The notes beneath the pieces were generated by a model. The model saw only the letters and a list, made by a program, of their open reading frames with translations. It made no database searches and had not been told where the DNA came from. 64,000 nt of DNA from Rubripirellula sp. (GTDB lineage Bacteria > Planctomycetota > Planctomycetia > Pirellulales > Pirellulaceae), in assembly GCA_965216875.1 (NCBI GenBank), contig OZ244207.1, positions 5,824,001-5,888,000 on the forward strand, given 5' to 3'. A program made the position numbers and the translations under genes. Positions 30,788-40,477 of the stretch are shown one piece after another (the stretch's first letter is position 1; every line of letters starts with the position of its first letter).

Positions 30788-30881
30788 CCAGTGTTTGACT
30801 CACTATTAGCCTCCTGGTCCGGAATCCTTACATCAAAACCGGGATTTTCTCAGGATCGGCAAAGCGTCTAAGCCAAACCCA

Positions 30882-30982
30882 GTAGGTCATGCTATGCATG
30901 ACACATGCAAATTGTCATGCATAGCATGACCTACAAAGGGCGCGGAGCGTCCGAAGAGTTCCCACGGGGACCGTGGGAACGA
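30882..30982. repeat. Two adjacent REP-like palindromes
   Basis: Perfect 22-bp inverted repeat GTAGGTCATGCTATGCATGACA..TGTCATGCATAGCATGACCTAC (30882-30934) followed by GTTCCCACGGGGACCGTGGGAAC; same families as at 7544-7746. Confidence 0.85.
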
Positions 30983-30996
30983 TAGCGGAGAGCGCT

Positions 30997-33900
30997 CTAG
31001 GGTCGGCTTGTTCGCAACTCGACGATCTCGGCGCCCGCCTTTCGCCCGACGCTCCAAAAGAGTGCTGGACGCACGAGAAACTCGGCGATCGTGCTCGTGA
31101 TCAAGCCGCCGATGATAACGGTGGCGATCGGATAGACGATCTCTTTGCCAGGATCGCCAGCCGAGAGTGCAAGTGGCAACAGGCCAATTCCACTCGTCAG
31201 CGCCGTCATCAGTACTGGTGCCAGTCGCTCTTTGCCCGCGCGCACGATCATCCCGCGGTCCCATGATTCACCATCGTATTGCACCAAATGCACATAGTGG
31301 TTCAACAAGAGAATACCATTGCGACTTGCGATCCCGCACAAACTGATGAAGCCAACCGTTGCGGCGACCGTCAAATTCTGTTGAGTCAGATAGAGGGCGG
31401 CGACCGCGCCAAGAAACGCCGTTGGCAAGGCGACCAATACTTGAAACGCAAAGTTCGCGTTGCGAAAGAGTGTGTAGAGCACCAGGAACATTCCGGCGAG
31501 TGCAATGACCGAAAGAATCGCCAACCGACGTGTTGCTGACTGTTCGCTTTCGAACTGCCCGCCGTATTCAACGAAGTAACCTTGCGGCAAGTTGACCTTG
31601 GCCAGCCGCTGGCGAATCTCACGAACGACATCAACCACTCCCCTGCCCTGCACATTAGCCTGCAAGACGATTCGCCGCCGCACCTGCTCGCGCTTCACCG
31701 TGTTCGGTCCGGCGCTTTCATAGATATTTGCGACACTATCCAGTGGCACCACACCGCCGTCTGCGAGATCGATCGGCATTCGGCGCAGCTTTGATTCATC
31801 TTCTCGAAAGGGCTCGTCCAAACGCACAACCAAATCGAACGTTCGCTGGCCAATCAACACCTGACTGACCACTTGCCCGTTCATCGCTGTTTCGACCAAC
31901 TCCATCACTTCGGCTGGCCGCAAGCCGTATTGCATCAGCTTGTCGCGGTCGAGTTCGATTCGCAACTGCGGAATGTTGGTCTGTTGTTCGACCATCACCT
32001 CTTTCAATCCTTCAACATCCGCGATCGCGGCTTCCATCTCTTTCGCTTTTTGGCGCAGCACATCCAGATCATCGCCAAACAATTTGATCCCAACGTCTGC
32101 TTTGACGCCCGACAACATGTGGCTGATCAAGTGCTGGATCGGTTGTTCGGTGTTCGTCACCACGCCGGGAACTTCTGCAATGGTTTCACGCACCCGCTCG
32201 ATGGTTTCAGCGCGATCGGCCGCTGGATCAATTTCGAGCACCATTTCGCTGACGTTCACACCCTCAGCATGCTCGTCCAATTCGGCACGTCCTGTCCGTC
32301 GAACGACTGTCACCACTTCTTCGAGCCCCAGAAGGCGCTGCTCGACAGTTCGCGCAATCCGATCACTCGTGTCGAGTGACGTTCCCGGCTCCAACAACAC
32401 GTTGACTTGAATCGCGCCCTCATTGAACGGCGGCAAGAAAGCGCGTTCGAGATTCAACAAAGCAATGGTCGCCAGCAGCACCAGCATCGCGGTCACGCCG
32501 AGGACAGGGCCAGAAAACCGCGTGCTGAATTGAATCGCTAACGACGCGATGCCCTTCAATCCGCTCAGGAATCGCCCCTCGTGCGCTTCGTCACCTCCCA
32601 ACAGTCGCTCTGCGCTCTGAACACCGATCCAAACCAACGGCGTTCCAATGAGTGTCAGCCAAAGTGGATCGATTGGCAGCTCTGCTGGGAATCCGATGAC
32701 GTCCAAAACGCGCGGAACAACCCAGTAGAAAATCAGTCCCGAAATTCCCAGCGATAATAGCGGCACGGCAACCTGCCAGGCGCGCTTACCCACTAATAGA
32801 AGTGACGAAAGAGCCGGCGTGACCGTTAACGAAACGAGCAGCGAAACCAGAAGAGAGACAATGTATGCCGTCGCAAGCGGTGCAAAGATTTTGCCTTCCA
32901 TTCCTTCGAGGGCAAAGATCGGGATGAAGACCAGAACAACAATTCCGGTGCCATAAACAATCGATGTCCGAATCTCGGCACTTGCTTCGTACACCACTTG
33001 GAGTGTTGGACGTGGCTCGTTGCGCGAGCGGTTCTCTTTCAAGCGACGCAATATGTTCTCGACGTCGACGATGGCATCGTCAACGAGTTCGCCGATCGCG
33101 ACAGCCAACCCGCCGAGGGTCATCGTGTTGACCGACAATCCGAACAATGTGAAGACACATGCCGTCGCGACGATCGAAAGAGGGATCGCGGTCAGGGTGA
33201 CAAAGGTCGTTCGGAAGTTCAACAAGAACAAAAAGAGAATCACGACAACCAGAACACCACCATCGGCGAGCGCCTCGACAACATTTTCGATCGCTCGATC
33301 GATGAACGAGCGTTGTGAATAGACGTTCTCGATCCGTATGTCAGCTGGAAGCGACCCACGCAAGTCTTCCAGAGCCTTGGCGATTTCGGCATCCACTTGT
33401 CGCGTGTCGGCATCAGGCTGCTTGTTGATCGTCAGCACTACGGCTTGGCCGCCTTGGACATCACCCTTTTCATCGCGAACAAATGCGGCCGAGTCCCCGC
33501 GTTTGACTTGCGGTGCTTTGACCACGCGTGCCACTTGGTCGAGCGTTACTGGCCGTCCGTCTCGCACCGTCAAAGTGACCTTCTGAAGATCTTCGATACT
33601 TGTGATGCGCCCGATCCCACGAACAAGCAGCTCTTTCGCGCCGCGTTGGTCAAGGTATCCACCGGTCGCGTTCAGATTGGACTGTTCGACGGCCAAACGA
33701 ACGTCGTGCATCGTCAACCCGTAACTCCGCAGCGCATCGGGGTCGATAAGCACTTGGAATTGCAATCGACCACCACCCATCGTGAACACTTGAGACACAC
33801 CGGGAATCGCCAACAATCGCTGGCGGACGACCCAATCAGCGAGCGTACGCACCTCCATCGCTGACGTTTCGCCGTTTTCGCTCCACATGCCATACATCAA

Positions 33901-34314
33901 GATCTGGCCCATGATGGACGAGATCGGCGCAAGCGTTGGGTTGATTCCCTCGGGCAGATCTTCGGCAACAAGCTGTAAGCGTTCGTTGACGATTTGCCGG
34001 TCGGTGATGATGTCGGTGTTCCAGTCAAACTCGACATAGATCACAGAAATACCGCTGCCGCTACTGCTGCGGACGGTCATCACCCCACTGGCGCCATTGA
34101 GCACCGTTTCTAGAGGCAACGTGATCAGCGCCTCGACCTCTTCGGGAGCCATCCCGTGCGCTTCGGTGATCACCACCACTCGTGGTCGATTCAGATTGGG
34201 AAACACATCGATCGGCAAGCGAACCGCCTGCCAAGCACCGACTCCCAACAACACCAGCGCAAGCGACAAGACGAGCAGTCGATTGCCGAGTGAGAAGCGG
34301 ATGATCTGATCCAT
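30997..34314 (-). CDS. Heavy-metal efflux RND permease (CusA/CzcA family)
   Basis: LPIDVFPNLNRP, NTMTLGGLAVAIGELVDDAIVDVEN, FLPPFNEG, GRAELDEHAEG, RLAPVLMTAL; start moved to MDQIIRF. Confidence 0.93.
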   Translation of the reverse strand: MDQIIRFSLGNRLLVLSLALVLLGVGAWQAVRLPIDVFPNLNRPRVVVITEAHGMAPEEVEALITLPLETVLNGASGVMTVRSSSGSGISVIYVEFDWNTDIITDRQIVNERLQLVAEDLPEGINPTLAPISSIMGQILMYGMWSENGETSAMEVRTLADWVVRQRLLAIPGVSQVFTMGGGRLQFQVLIDPDALRSYGLTMHDVRLAVEQSNLNATGGYLDQRGAKELLVRGIGRITSIEDLQKVTLTVRDGRPVTLDQVARVVKAPQVKRGDSAAFVRDEKGDVQGGQAVVLTINKQPDADTRQVDAEIAKALEDLRGSLPADIRIENVYSQRSFIDRAIENVVEALADGGVLVVVILFLFLLNFRTTFVTLTAIPLSIVATACVFTLFGLSVNTMTLGGLAVAIGELVDDAIVDVENILRRLKENRSRNEPRPTLQVVYEASAEIRTSIVYGTGIVVLVFIPIFALEGMEGKIFAPLATAYIVSLLVSLLVSLTVTPALSSLLLVGKRAWQVAVPLLSLGISGLIFYWVVPRVLDVIGFPAELPIDPLWLTLIGTPLVWIGVQSAERLLGGDEAHEGRFLSGLKGIASLAIQFSTRFSGPVLGVTAMLVLLATIALLNLERAFLPPFNEGAIQVNVLLEPGTSLDTSDRIARTVEQRLLGLEEVVTVVRRTGRAELDEHAEGVNVSEMVLEIDPAADRAETIERVRETIAEVPGVVTNTEQPIQHLISHMLSGVKADVGIKLFGDDLDVLRQKAKEMEAAIADVEGLKEVMVEQQTNIPQLRIELDRDKLMQYGLRPAEVMELVETAMNGQVVSQVLIGQRTFDLVVRLDEPFREDESKLRRMPIDLADGGVVPLDSVANIYESAGPNTVKREQVRRRIVLQANVQGRGVVDVVREIRQRLAKVNLPQGYFVEYGGQFESEQSATRRLAILSVIALAGMFLVLYTLFRNANFAFQVLVALPTAFLGAVAALYLTQQNLTVAATVGFISLCGIASRNGILLLNHYVHLVQYDGESWDRGMIVRAGKERLAPVLMTALTSGIGLLPLALSAGDPGKEIVYPIATVIIGGLITSTIAEFLVRPALFWSVGRKAGAEIVELRTSRP

Positions 34315-34364
34315 CAGCTGCGAACTTTCCGTCGTCGCGATATGGAGGGACTGGTTGAAACTTG

Positions 34365-35906
34365 CTAGTGCGAGTGGCCAGCGTGCGGGTCGACCGGTCC
34401 CGAGGACCGATTCTTCATTTCCATTTGAAGCTGGTGAGCGCCAGCGGTTGCAATCGTCTCGCCAGCACGAAGCGACCCATCGTTCTTGATCGCGGCCCAA
34501 ACTTCATCGCGGGCCAGAACGCGCACAGGACGCCGATCGAAATGGTCGCCATGATCGACAAAGACGTACCGTTCGACACCCTCTTCGGCGACGGCATCTT
34601 TGGGAACGACAAAGGTATTGTCAAAACCTTGCAGGGGGACGCGCAAGTGCAACCGCGTCCCTGGCTTGTACTTCCAAGAAACGTACCGTTGCTGACCTCG
34701 CTGCTCGTCACGTTCGACTTGGTTTTCGAGCGGCACAAAGAACGGAAGCGCTCGTGATTGAATGCCAACCTCGTTCCCAATGTAAGAAATCTTCAAACCG
34801 TCCACGATTTCAGGTTGGCTTGCCGAATCCAACACGGCCTGGAGTGGGAAGCCAAATTTCGCAGCCATCCTCAGCGACGTCGCATCCTTTTGAAACGCGT
34901 GCCCTTCGATCAAGACACTGCTGTAGTCGGAAAGCCTGCCAAGCGACTCACCTGCAGCAACCGATTGACCTCGATTCACGTTGAGTTCCGTTACAAGAAA
35001 CTCAACCTCAACGTGTTCATGTTCATGTGCAGGAGCATGATCCTTCGAGCGATCGGGATCGGGTTGAGTGTTCGTCGTGAACCCGGCTTGCTGAAGCGGA
35101 CGGACGACCGGTACTTCCCCCGGCGGCAACGATGGAATCGGGTGTTCGGATTCATGATGCAACGAATCATCACCATGAAGCGTCGGCGCGTAGATGGTCA
35201 CCTCTCGAACGAGTTGTCGTGTTGATTCGATCGCTTCGATTTGCGCGTCGGTCAATCCGTGCAACAACAACGCCTGCTTCTCGGCACGCAGTTCCGCCAG
35301 CAATCGGTCGTGTTCATATTCGTGCTCGATCAGCGTCTTGCGCGGAACGGCGCCGCTTTGTGTGATCGCCGCCAAACGCTGGATCTCGCGTTCTTCAACA
35401 TCCAATCGCCCGAGAGCTGCAAGGTAATCAGATTGCGTCTTCACCAAATCCTGGTGCGTCAACCGCAGCGAAAAGAGGGGCTGCCCACTTCGAATCAACT
35501 CACCACGCGAGATATAGATCGCGTTGACCACGCCAGTCAGCGGTGCCGTCACTGAGATGTGCGTGCGGCCGGGCCAATCAACAATCGTCGCTGGTACCGA
35601 GACGTACTGGGTGTAGGTGGTGAGTGCAACGGTCTGCGTCTTCAGCCCCAAGTTTCCTCGACCTTGAGCGCTGATTTCAATTTCTTCACCAACACTCGGT
35701 CCGTGCCCGTGATCATGCTCGTCATGCGCATGACCGTCATCAGCTGTAGCCTGTGTTTCGGTCGGATCCTGGCTACCCAGCCCCAGCTGGCTGCGCACTG
35801 ACGGAACGAACGTTGCTCCGACGACACCAACGATCACGATGGCAACGATCGTCAACAACACGTTTGTCAGTTGAATCCCCGATTGCTCGGCTGACGTTTC
35901 AGACAT
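34365..35906 (-). CDS. RND efflux periplasmic adaptor (CzcB-like), His-rich
   Basis: N-terminal TM, HAHDEHDHGHG, VTAPLTGVV, VVPKDAV..EG, C-terminal DPHAGHSH; directly upstream of the permease. Confidence 0.85.
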   Translation of the reverse strand: MSETSAEQSGIQLTNVLLTIVAIVIVGVVGATFVPSVRSQLGLGSQDPTETQATADDGHAHDEHDHGHGPSVGEEIEISAQGRGNLGLKTQTVALTTYTQYVSVPATIVDWPGRTHISVTAPLTGVVNAIYISRGELIRSGQPLFSLRLTHQDLVKTQSDYLAALGRLDVEEREIQRLAAITQSGAVPRKTLIEHEYEHDRLLAELRAEKQALLLHGLTDAQIEAIESTRQLVREVTIYAPTLHGDDSLHHESEHPIPSLPPGEVPVVRPLQQAGFTTNTQPDPDRSKDHAPAHEHEHVEVEFLVTELNVNRGQSVAAGESLGRLSDYSSVLIEGHAFQKDATSLRMAAKFGFPLQAVLDSASQPEIVDGLKISYIGNEVGIQSRALPFFVPLENQVERDEQRGQQRYVSWKYKPGTRLHLRVPLQGFDNTFVVPKDAVAEEGVERYVFVDHGDHFDRRPVRVLARDEVWAAIKNDGSLRAGETIATAGAHQLQMEMKNRSSGPVDPHAGHSH

Positions 35907-36155
35907 CTCCAATCACCCAACTTGGTCGACGGTGGCGAAGCCTTCCACGTCCGCCTTCGATCTACCATAACGGAATTCGCAATTCTGCACGACGCGGAAG
36001 TGCACCAATGACTCGCCGCGATGGGAATGGCATAGAATCGATCCAACTCAAATCGGTACCGGATTCCTGCGGGCAGCAAGTGAATCCAACGGTCGTCGAT
36101 GACCGCAACCGACCTACAGATCTTCCATACAGAAAAGATCCATTCAGGGGCAGCA

Positions 36156-37103
36156 ATGAACTCCGATCGTCGTAAACGGCTCGAAGGGGTGGTGTGGCCA
36201 TTGGTCGCAATCGATGACTTCTCTACCGAGCAAGCCAAACAAGCCTGTCTCGATTCAACGCCCGGTTACGTCACGCGAACCATTCGCAACCTCGTCCATG
36301 ATGGTCTTTTGCAGCGCTATGCCAGCGACGGCAAAGAGCGGTTTCGATGGAAGGCGGCGCGCGAAACCTTGAAACCAGACGCGTGGATCGAACGCCAAAT
36401 CCATGGGGCACAAGTCAAGGAGACCCCAGAGAAGCAGAGGCCACGTGAGCGGCTATTACACTCGGGTGCAACTACGCTGAGCGACGCGGATCTGTTGGCG
36501 ATCCTGATCCGCGTCGGAGTACCCAAGGAATCGGCCATCGTCGGTGCGCAAAAGATTGCCAACCGGTTCGCCGAGCGATTGGACCAACTACCAAAGTGCA
36601 GCCGTGATGAATTGAAGCAGATCACGCCGGCGGCGACGAAATCAAGCTACGCGCAAGTCATGGCTGGCATCGAACTCGGTCGCCGGGTCGCTCTGCTCGA
36701 AAGTCGGCAACAACAATCTATCATTCGCATCACAACTACGTCGGAAGCAATCGAATTCTGCAGCCAAGAATTCGAGAGGCTGGCCAATGATGGCGTCCAG
36801 GAAGAATTTCATATCGTCACGCTCGACACCAAACACAAACCGATTCACAGCCATCGGATTACGGTCGGCACGCTCGACGCAAGTTTGGTCCACCCGCGGG
36901 AAGTGTTTCGCCCCGCCATCCGTGACGCCGCATCAGCGATCCTCTTGGTCCACAACCATCCCAGCGGCGATCCGACACCGAGTCGTGAAGATCACCAAGT
37001 GACCCACCAGCTGACCGAAGCTGGTGAGCTCTTGGGGATCCAAGTCCTCGATCACATCGTGGTAGCCAAGAACGAGACGCTAAGTATTCGCGAGTGTCAA
37101 TAG
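36156..37103 (+). CDS. radC: RadC family JAB-domain protein with N-terminal extension
   Basis: RPRERLL..G...LSDADLLAILIR.G, GTLDASLVHPREVFRPAI, VHNHPSGDPTPSRED, LGIQVLDHIV. Confidence 0.92.
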   Translation: MNSDRRKRLEGVVWPLVAIDDFSTEQAKQACLDSTPGYVTRTIRNLVHDGLLQRYASDGKERFRWKAARETLKPDAWIERQIHGAQVKETPEKQRPRERLLHSGATTLSDADLLAILIRVGVPKESAIVGAQKIANRFAERLDQLPKCSRDELKQITPAATKSSYAQVMAGIELGRRVALLESRQQQSIIRITTTSEAIEFCSQEFERLANDGVQEEFHIVTLDTKHKPIHSHRITVGTLDASLVHPREVFRPAIRDAASAILLVHNHPSGDPTPSREDHQVTHQLTEAGELLGIQVLDHIVVAKNETLSIRECQ

Positions 37104-37115
37104 ACCTGCTTTTCT

Positions 37116-37302
37116 GTGAGCCGAACGCGGCCAGGTTTGTAGTACCGAGCTTCAGCCGGAATCTTCAAAATCTTCCGCCTAAAGGCGGGACTACGAACAA
37201 AGGCGCGAAGGCTGTAAATCTTTGTGAGCCGCACGCGCTAGCGTCGGGCTTTGCACTCTTTACCACCTCTCGCAAGGCCCGACGCTAGCGCGTTCGGCTC
37301 AC
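37116..37302. repeat. REP-like palindrome cluster between convergent genes
   Basis: GTAGTACCG..CGGGACTAC (37139-37194) and GTGAGCCGCACGCGCTAGCGTCGGGC..GCCCGACGCTAGCGCGTTCGGCTCAC (37224-37302); the latter arm recurs at 63944-63972. Confidence 0.8.
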
Positions 37303-37314
37303 GGAGTTTGAGTC

Positions 37315-37767
37315 CTATGCGACGCAAGTCCGACGACGAACGGACGCGGTGTAGTTGCTTGGCCTTTGCCGAACAACCGCTGGCTCAGATTGGACGCTCT
37401 TGGCCAATTGTGCTTCACGATCACGCAACGAAGACTGCACGAGTCGCTGAATCCTCTCCATTCGCTCGATTGCTTCCGAAGCAACTTGCTGGGCCAGCAG
37501 CCGATCCTTTTCATCGGAGAGCTCGGCAATCGCAGAAAGCTCCGACTGAAGTCGCTGAAACTCATCGCTGACAACATGCTCCGCGGCCGATTCGATCATG
37601 GGTGATGCAGGCTGGTCATCGAGATGTTCGCTACGCATCACGCGAACACTTGCCGGCGCCTCAATGCCAACACGGGCCCGCCTGCCCGACAATCCAATCA
37701 TTCGAACAACGATGCCGAGCCCTGGGAATTCGATCGATTCGCCTTCTTTCCGTGTCAAAACCAGCAA
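37315..37767 (-). CDS. Carbon storage regulator (CsrA-like) with C-terminal extension
   Basis: MLVLTRKEGESI..ARVGIEAP..VRVMRSE CsrA signature, TTG start, about 95 extra residues. Confidence 0.8.
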   Translation of the reverse strand: MLVLTRKEGESIEFPGLGIVVRMIGLSGRRARVGIEAPASVRVMRSEHLDDQPASPMIESAAEHVVSDEFQRLQSELSAIAELSDEKDRLLAQQVASEAIERMERIQRLVQSSLRDREAQLAKSVQSEPAVVRQRPSNYTASVRRRTCVA

Positions 37768-37863
37768 TGTTCAGCCCCCCAAATCGAGAACGTGGTTAGT
37801 AACGAGATGGAGACATCTTAAGGATATATACAAATGTTCACAACCCCGATTTCACGCCCCTTT

Positions 37864-39234
37864 TCACGGCATTCGATGCCAATCGTGACCGTCTTTGAGA
37901 ACACTTGCGCTGATCGACAGCAGCTTTGCCCTGAGCTCTGCAAGCAATTCTGGCTTCTCTGCGGCAAGGTTCTTGGTCTGATTCGGATCGCTCTTTAAGT
38001 CGAACAATTGGAAGTTCGTGTAGCCGCCCGATTTAATTCTTGGAATCCACTCTTCTTTGAACATGTTGTTGGTCGACAGTTCGAAGTCGGGATTGGCCAC
38101 CAACGAGTAGTCCCCATCTCGCATGGCAACGATCGGTCGCGACTTCTGCAGATGCCAAAAGAGAGGTTGGTGCCGACGAAAGTCTTTGGCTTTGCCTAGC
38201 AAAAGTGTCGAGACGTCCGAACCATCAAGATGCACATCGGGCTTGTCGAGATCCAAGAGCCCACAGACTGTCGGCACAACATCAATCAACCCACTTGGAT
38301 TCCTTTCCACACGTCCGGCTTCGATCTTGCCGGGCCAGCAATAGATCCCAGGCACGCGAATACCACCCTCCCAATTGACACCCTTGCGACCGCGCAAGCC
38401 TCCAGTGCGATCATCGCGGTAGCTTCCATTGTCGGAGCCATAGATGATCAAAGTGTTCTCTGGTGGCGCAACTTCGTAGAGTTTCTTGACCAACCGAGTG
38501 ATCGCTCGATCGGTGTTGTCGATGGTTCCCGAGTAGATCGCAGCTTTGTCTTTTGCTTTCCCGTACTGCGTCACAATCGACTTGGGTGCCGCAATGGGTG
38601 CATGCGGTTCGTGAAACCAAACATTCAAAAAGAATGGCTGATCGCGACTGGAATCCATGGCGTCGAGCCAAGCGATCGCTTCATCCACGACAAGCTGGCA
38701 AGAATACCCATCCAACTTGCCAACAGGTTTGCCATTGCGGATGAAGTTGTTTGGATTGTGATGGCTTGGTGACGCGTTGTTTGAAGTCGCAAACCAATAG
38801 TCGAACCCGTGATCCGAAGGCGTCGGTTTTTCGAAGCGGTCACTAGGCAAACCCAGATGCCACTTGCCAATATGAGCCGTTGCGTAACCGGCTTGTTTCA
38901 ACACCTCGGCCAGCGTCACTTCACGCTTGAGCAAATGTGAACGTTGCGATTCATCGTGAATCCAACTGTAGACACCAGCGCGGATGTGATGCCGACCTGT
39001 CAACAAGGTTGCACGGGATGGCGAGCACACCGCGCAGCCTGAATAGAAGTCGCTGAACCGAGTTCCGCGCGACGCCAAATCATCGATCGCTGGCGTTTTG
39101 ACGGGACCACCATAACAACCAACGTCTTTGAATCCTAAATCGTCCGCCAACAACATCACCACATTAGGGCGATCGGCAGCGTCAAGCCCGACGCAAGAAA
39201 CGATAACTAGAAAACAAGCGTAAACGAATTTCAT
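37864..39234 (-). CDS. Arylsulfatase (Cys-type)
   Basis: Signal peptide MKFVYAC; PNVVMLLADDLG, CSPSR, GKWHLG, SDNG, KGVNWEGGIRVP. Confidence 0.92.
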   Translation of the reverse strand: MKFVYACFLVIVSCVGLDAADRPNVVMLLADDLGFKDVGCYGGPVKTPAIDDLASRGTRFSDFYSGCAVCSPSRATLLTGRHHIRAGVYSWIHDESQRSHLLKREVTLAEVLKQAGYATAHIGKWHLGLPSDRFEKPTPSDHGFDYWFATSNNASPSHHNPNNFIRNGKPVGKLDGYSCQLVVDEAIAWLDAMDSSRDQPFFLNVWFHEPHAPIAAPKSIVTQYGKAKDKAAIYSGTIDNTDRAITRLVKKLYEVAPPENTLIIYGSDNGSYRDDRTGGLRGRKGVNWEGGIRVPGIYCWPGKIEAGRVERNPSGLIDVVPTVCGLLDLDKPDVHLDGSDVSTLLLGKAKDFRRHQPLFWHLQKSRPIVAMRDGDYSLVANPDFELSTNNMFKEEWIPRIKSGGYTNFQLFDLKSDPNQTKNLAAEKPELLAELRAKLLSISASVLKDGHDWHRMP

Positions 39235-39315
39235 TGTGGTGGCTCTGCAGAAAGAGTGGCGGGATGGAGCTGCGTCAGCTTCGCCCAAACCAGGTGAAAC
39301 GAACGGCGCAACGGT

Positions 39316-40200
39316 TCATGCTTGCGACCGGAGCAGTTCTTCGACTTGGTCAAGCGTAGGCATCGACGTTCTCGCGCCAAATTGCGTGCAAGCAAGTGCA
39401 CCGCAAGCCGACGCAAACGCAATGATATCTCGCCACGCGTCGCCGCGTGCAAGCGAAAAAGCGAATCCGGCATGAAATGCATCGCCGGCGCCGGTCTCAT
39501 CAACCGACTCGACCTCGAACGCATTGAGTTGCCCACGACCATCGGGTCGATGCCACACCAACCCTCCTTCGCCGTAGGTGATGACAACATGGCCGCATAA
39601 TTCAGACAACTTGTTGAGCTGGTCGGTCCGATCGTTGCTTCCCGAAACGCTGGTCGCAAAGTTCTCGGACGCGACAAGGTAGTCGACCTTTCCCGCGAGC
39701 ATCCGTGTCCCCTCGTGGGCTGAACCCGCATCAAGAACAACCTTTGTGGCTGAATCTGCAAATCGATCGATCGCTTGCTGGGCAATGATTGGCTGATGCC
39801 CGTCGGCCAGGATCACTTTGGTCGTCAGCTGCTCGACCGGCTGCTTGAGTCCCTGCAAACAGCGATTGGCATGACTCACGACACTTCGTTTGCCATCTTC
39901 TTTTGCAATGACTGCGGCAAGAGCTGTTGTCTCGAGAGAACGATCAACGAAGGTTGTGTCGACACCTTCGGCCCGAAGCGAATTCACCTCGTTTTCACCC
40001 AAAGGATCCGTACCAAGACTTGCTGCGAGACCACTTCGTCCGCCGAGCCTCGCCACACAGACCGCAGCATTGGCCGCCGGACCACCACCGGCGACGCTGA
40101 ATCGAGTCGCACGAACCTTTTCGTTCTCACTTGGATGGTGCTCGACCAAGAAATTAAGATCAACGCAGGACATCCCGATGCAAAAAACGTCAAACTTCAT
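39316..40200 (-). CDS. PfkB family sugar kinase
   Basis: GGGPAANAAV..ARLG, VVLDAG, DETGAGDAFHAG signature. Confidence 0.9.
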   Translation of the reverse strand: MKFDVFCIGMSCVDLNFLVEHHPSENEKVRATRFSVAGGGPAANAAVCVARLGGRSGLAASLGTDPLGENEVNSLRAEGVDTTFVDRSLETTALAAVIAKEDGKRSVVSHANRCLQGLKQPVEQLTTKVILADGHQPIIAQQAIDRFADSATKVVLDAGSAHEGTRMLAGKVDYLVASENFATSVSGSNDRTDQLNKLSELCGHVVITYGEGGLVWHRPDGRGQLNAFEVESVDETGAGDAFHAGFAFSLARGDAWRDIIAFASACGALACTQFGARTSMPTLDQVEELLRSQA

Positions 40201-40477
40201 ATCAAGTGAAAGGGTTCGGTGACGGCGGCATATCGATGCCTAGGTTAGCGGTTGCTGTCTCGTCCACCAATTGGAGGAGGAGAAGAGGAACCACGGATTG
40301 ATCGAATCACACGAATGATGTTTGAGTAAGAATGTTCAATCTCTGGCGCTTCACTCGCTCGTTTTCTACGATTCGATCGATTCTTGATTTGCATGATGCC
40401 CAACCGTGGATCGTCGTGGCACGGCAAGTTAATTTATGAGCCTACACCCACCTCCCCTGCCCTTCCGGATTCTTCTC

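Noticed and set aside
36156..37103. radC as a marker of a prophage or ICE
   Set aside because: No integrase, phage or conjugation genes nearby; it is the full-length chromosomal type.
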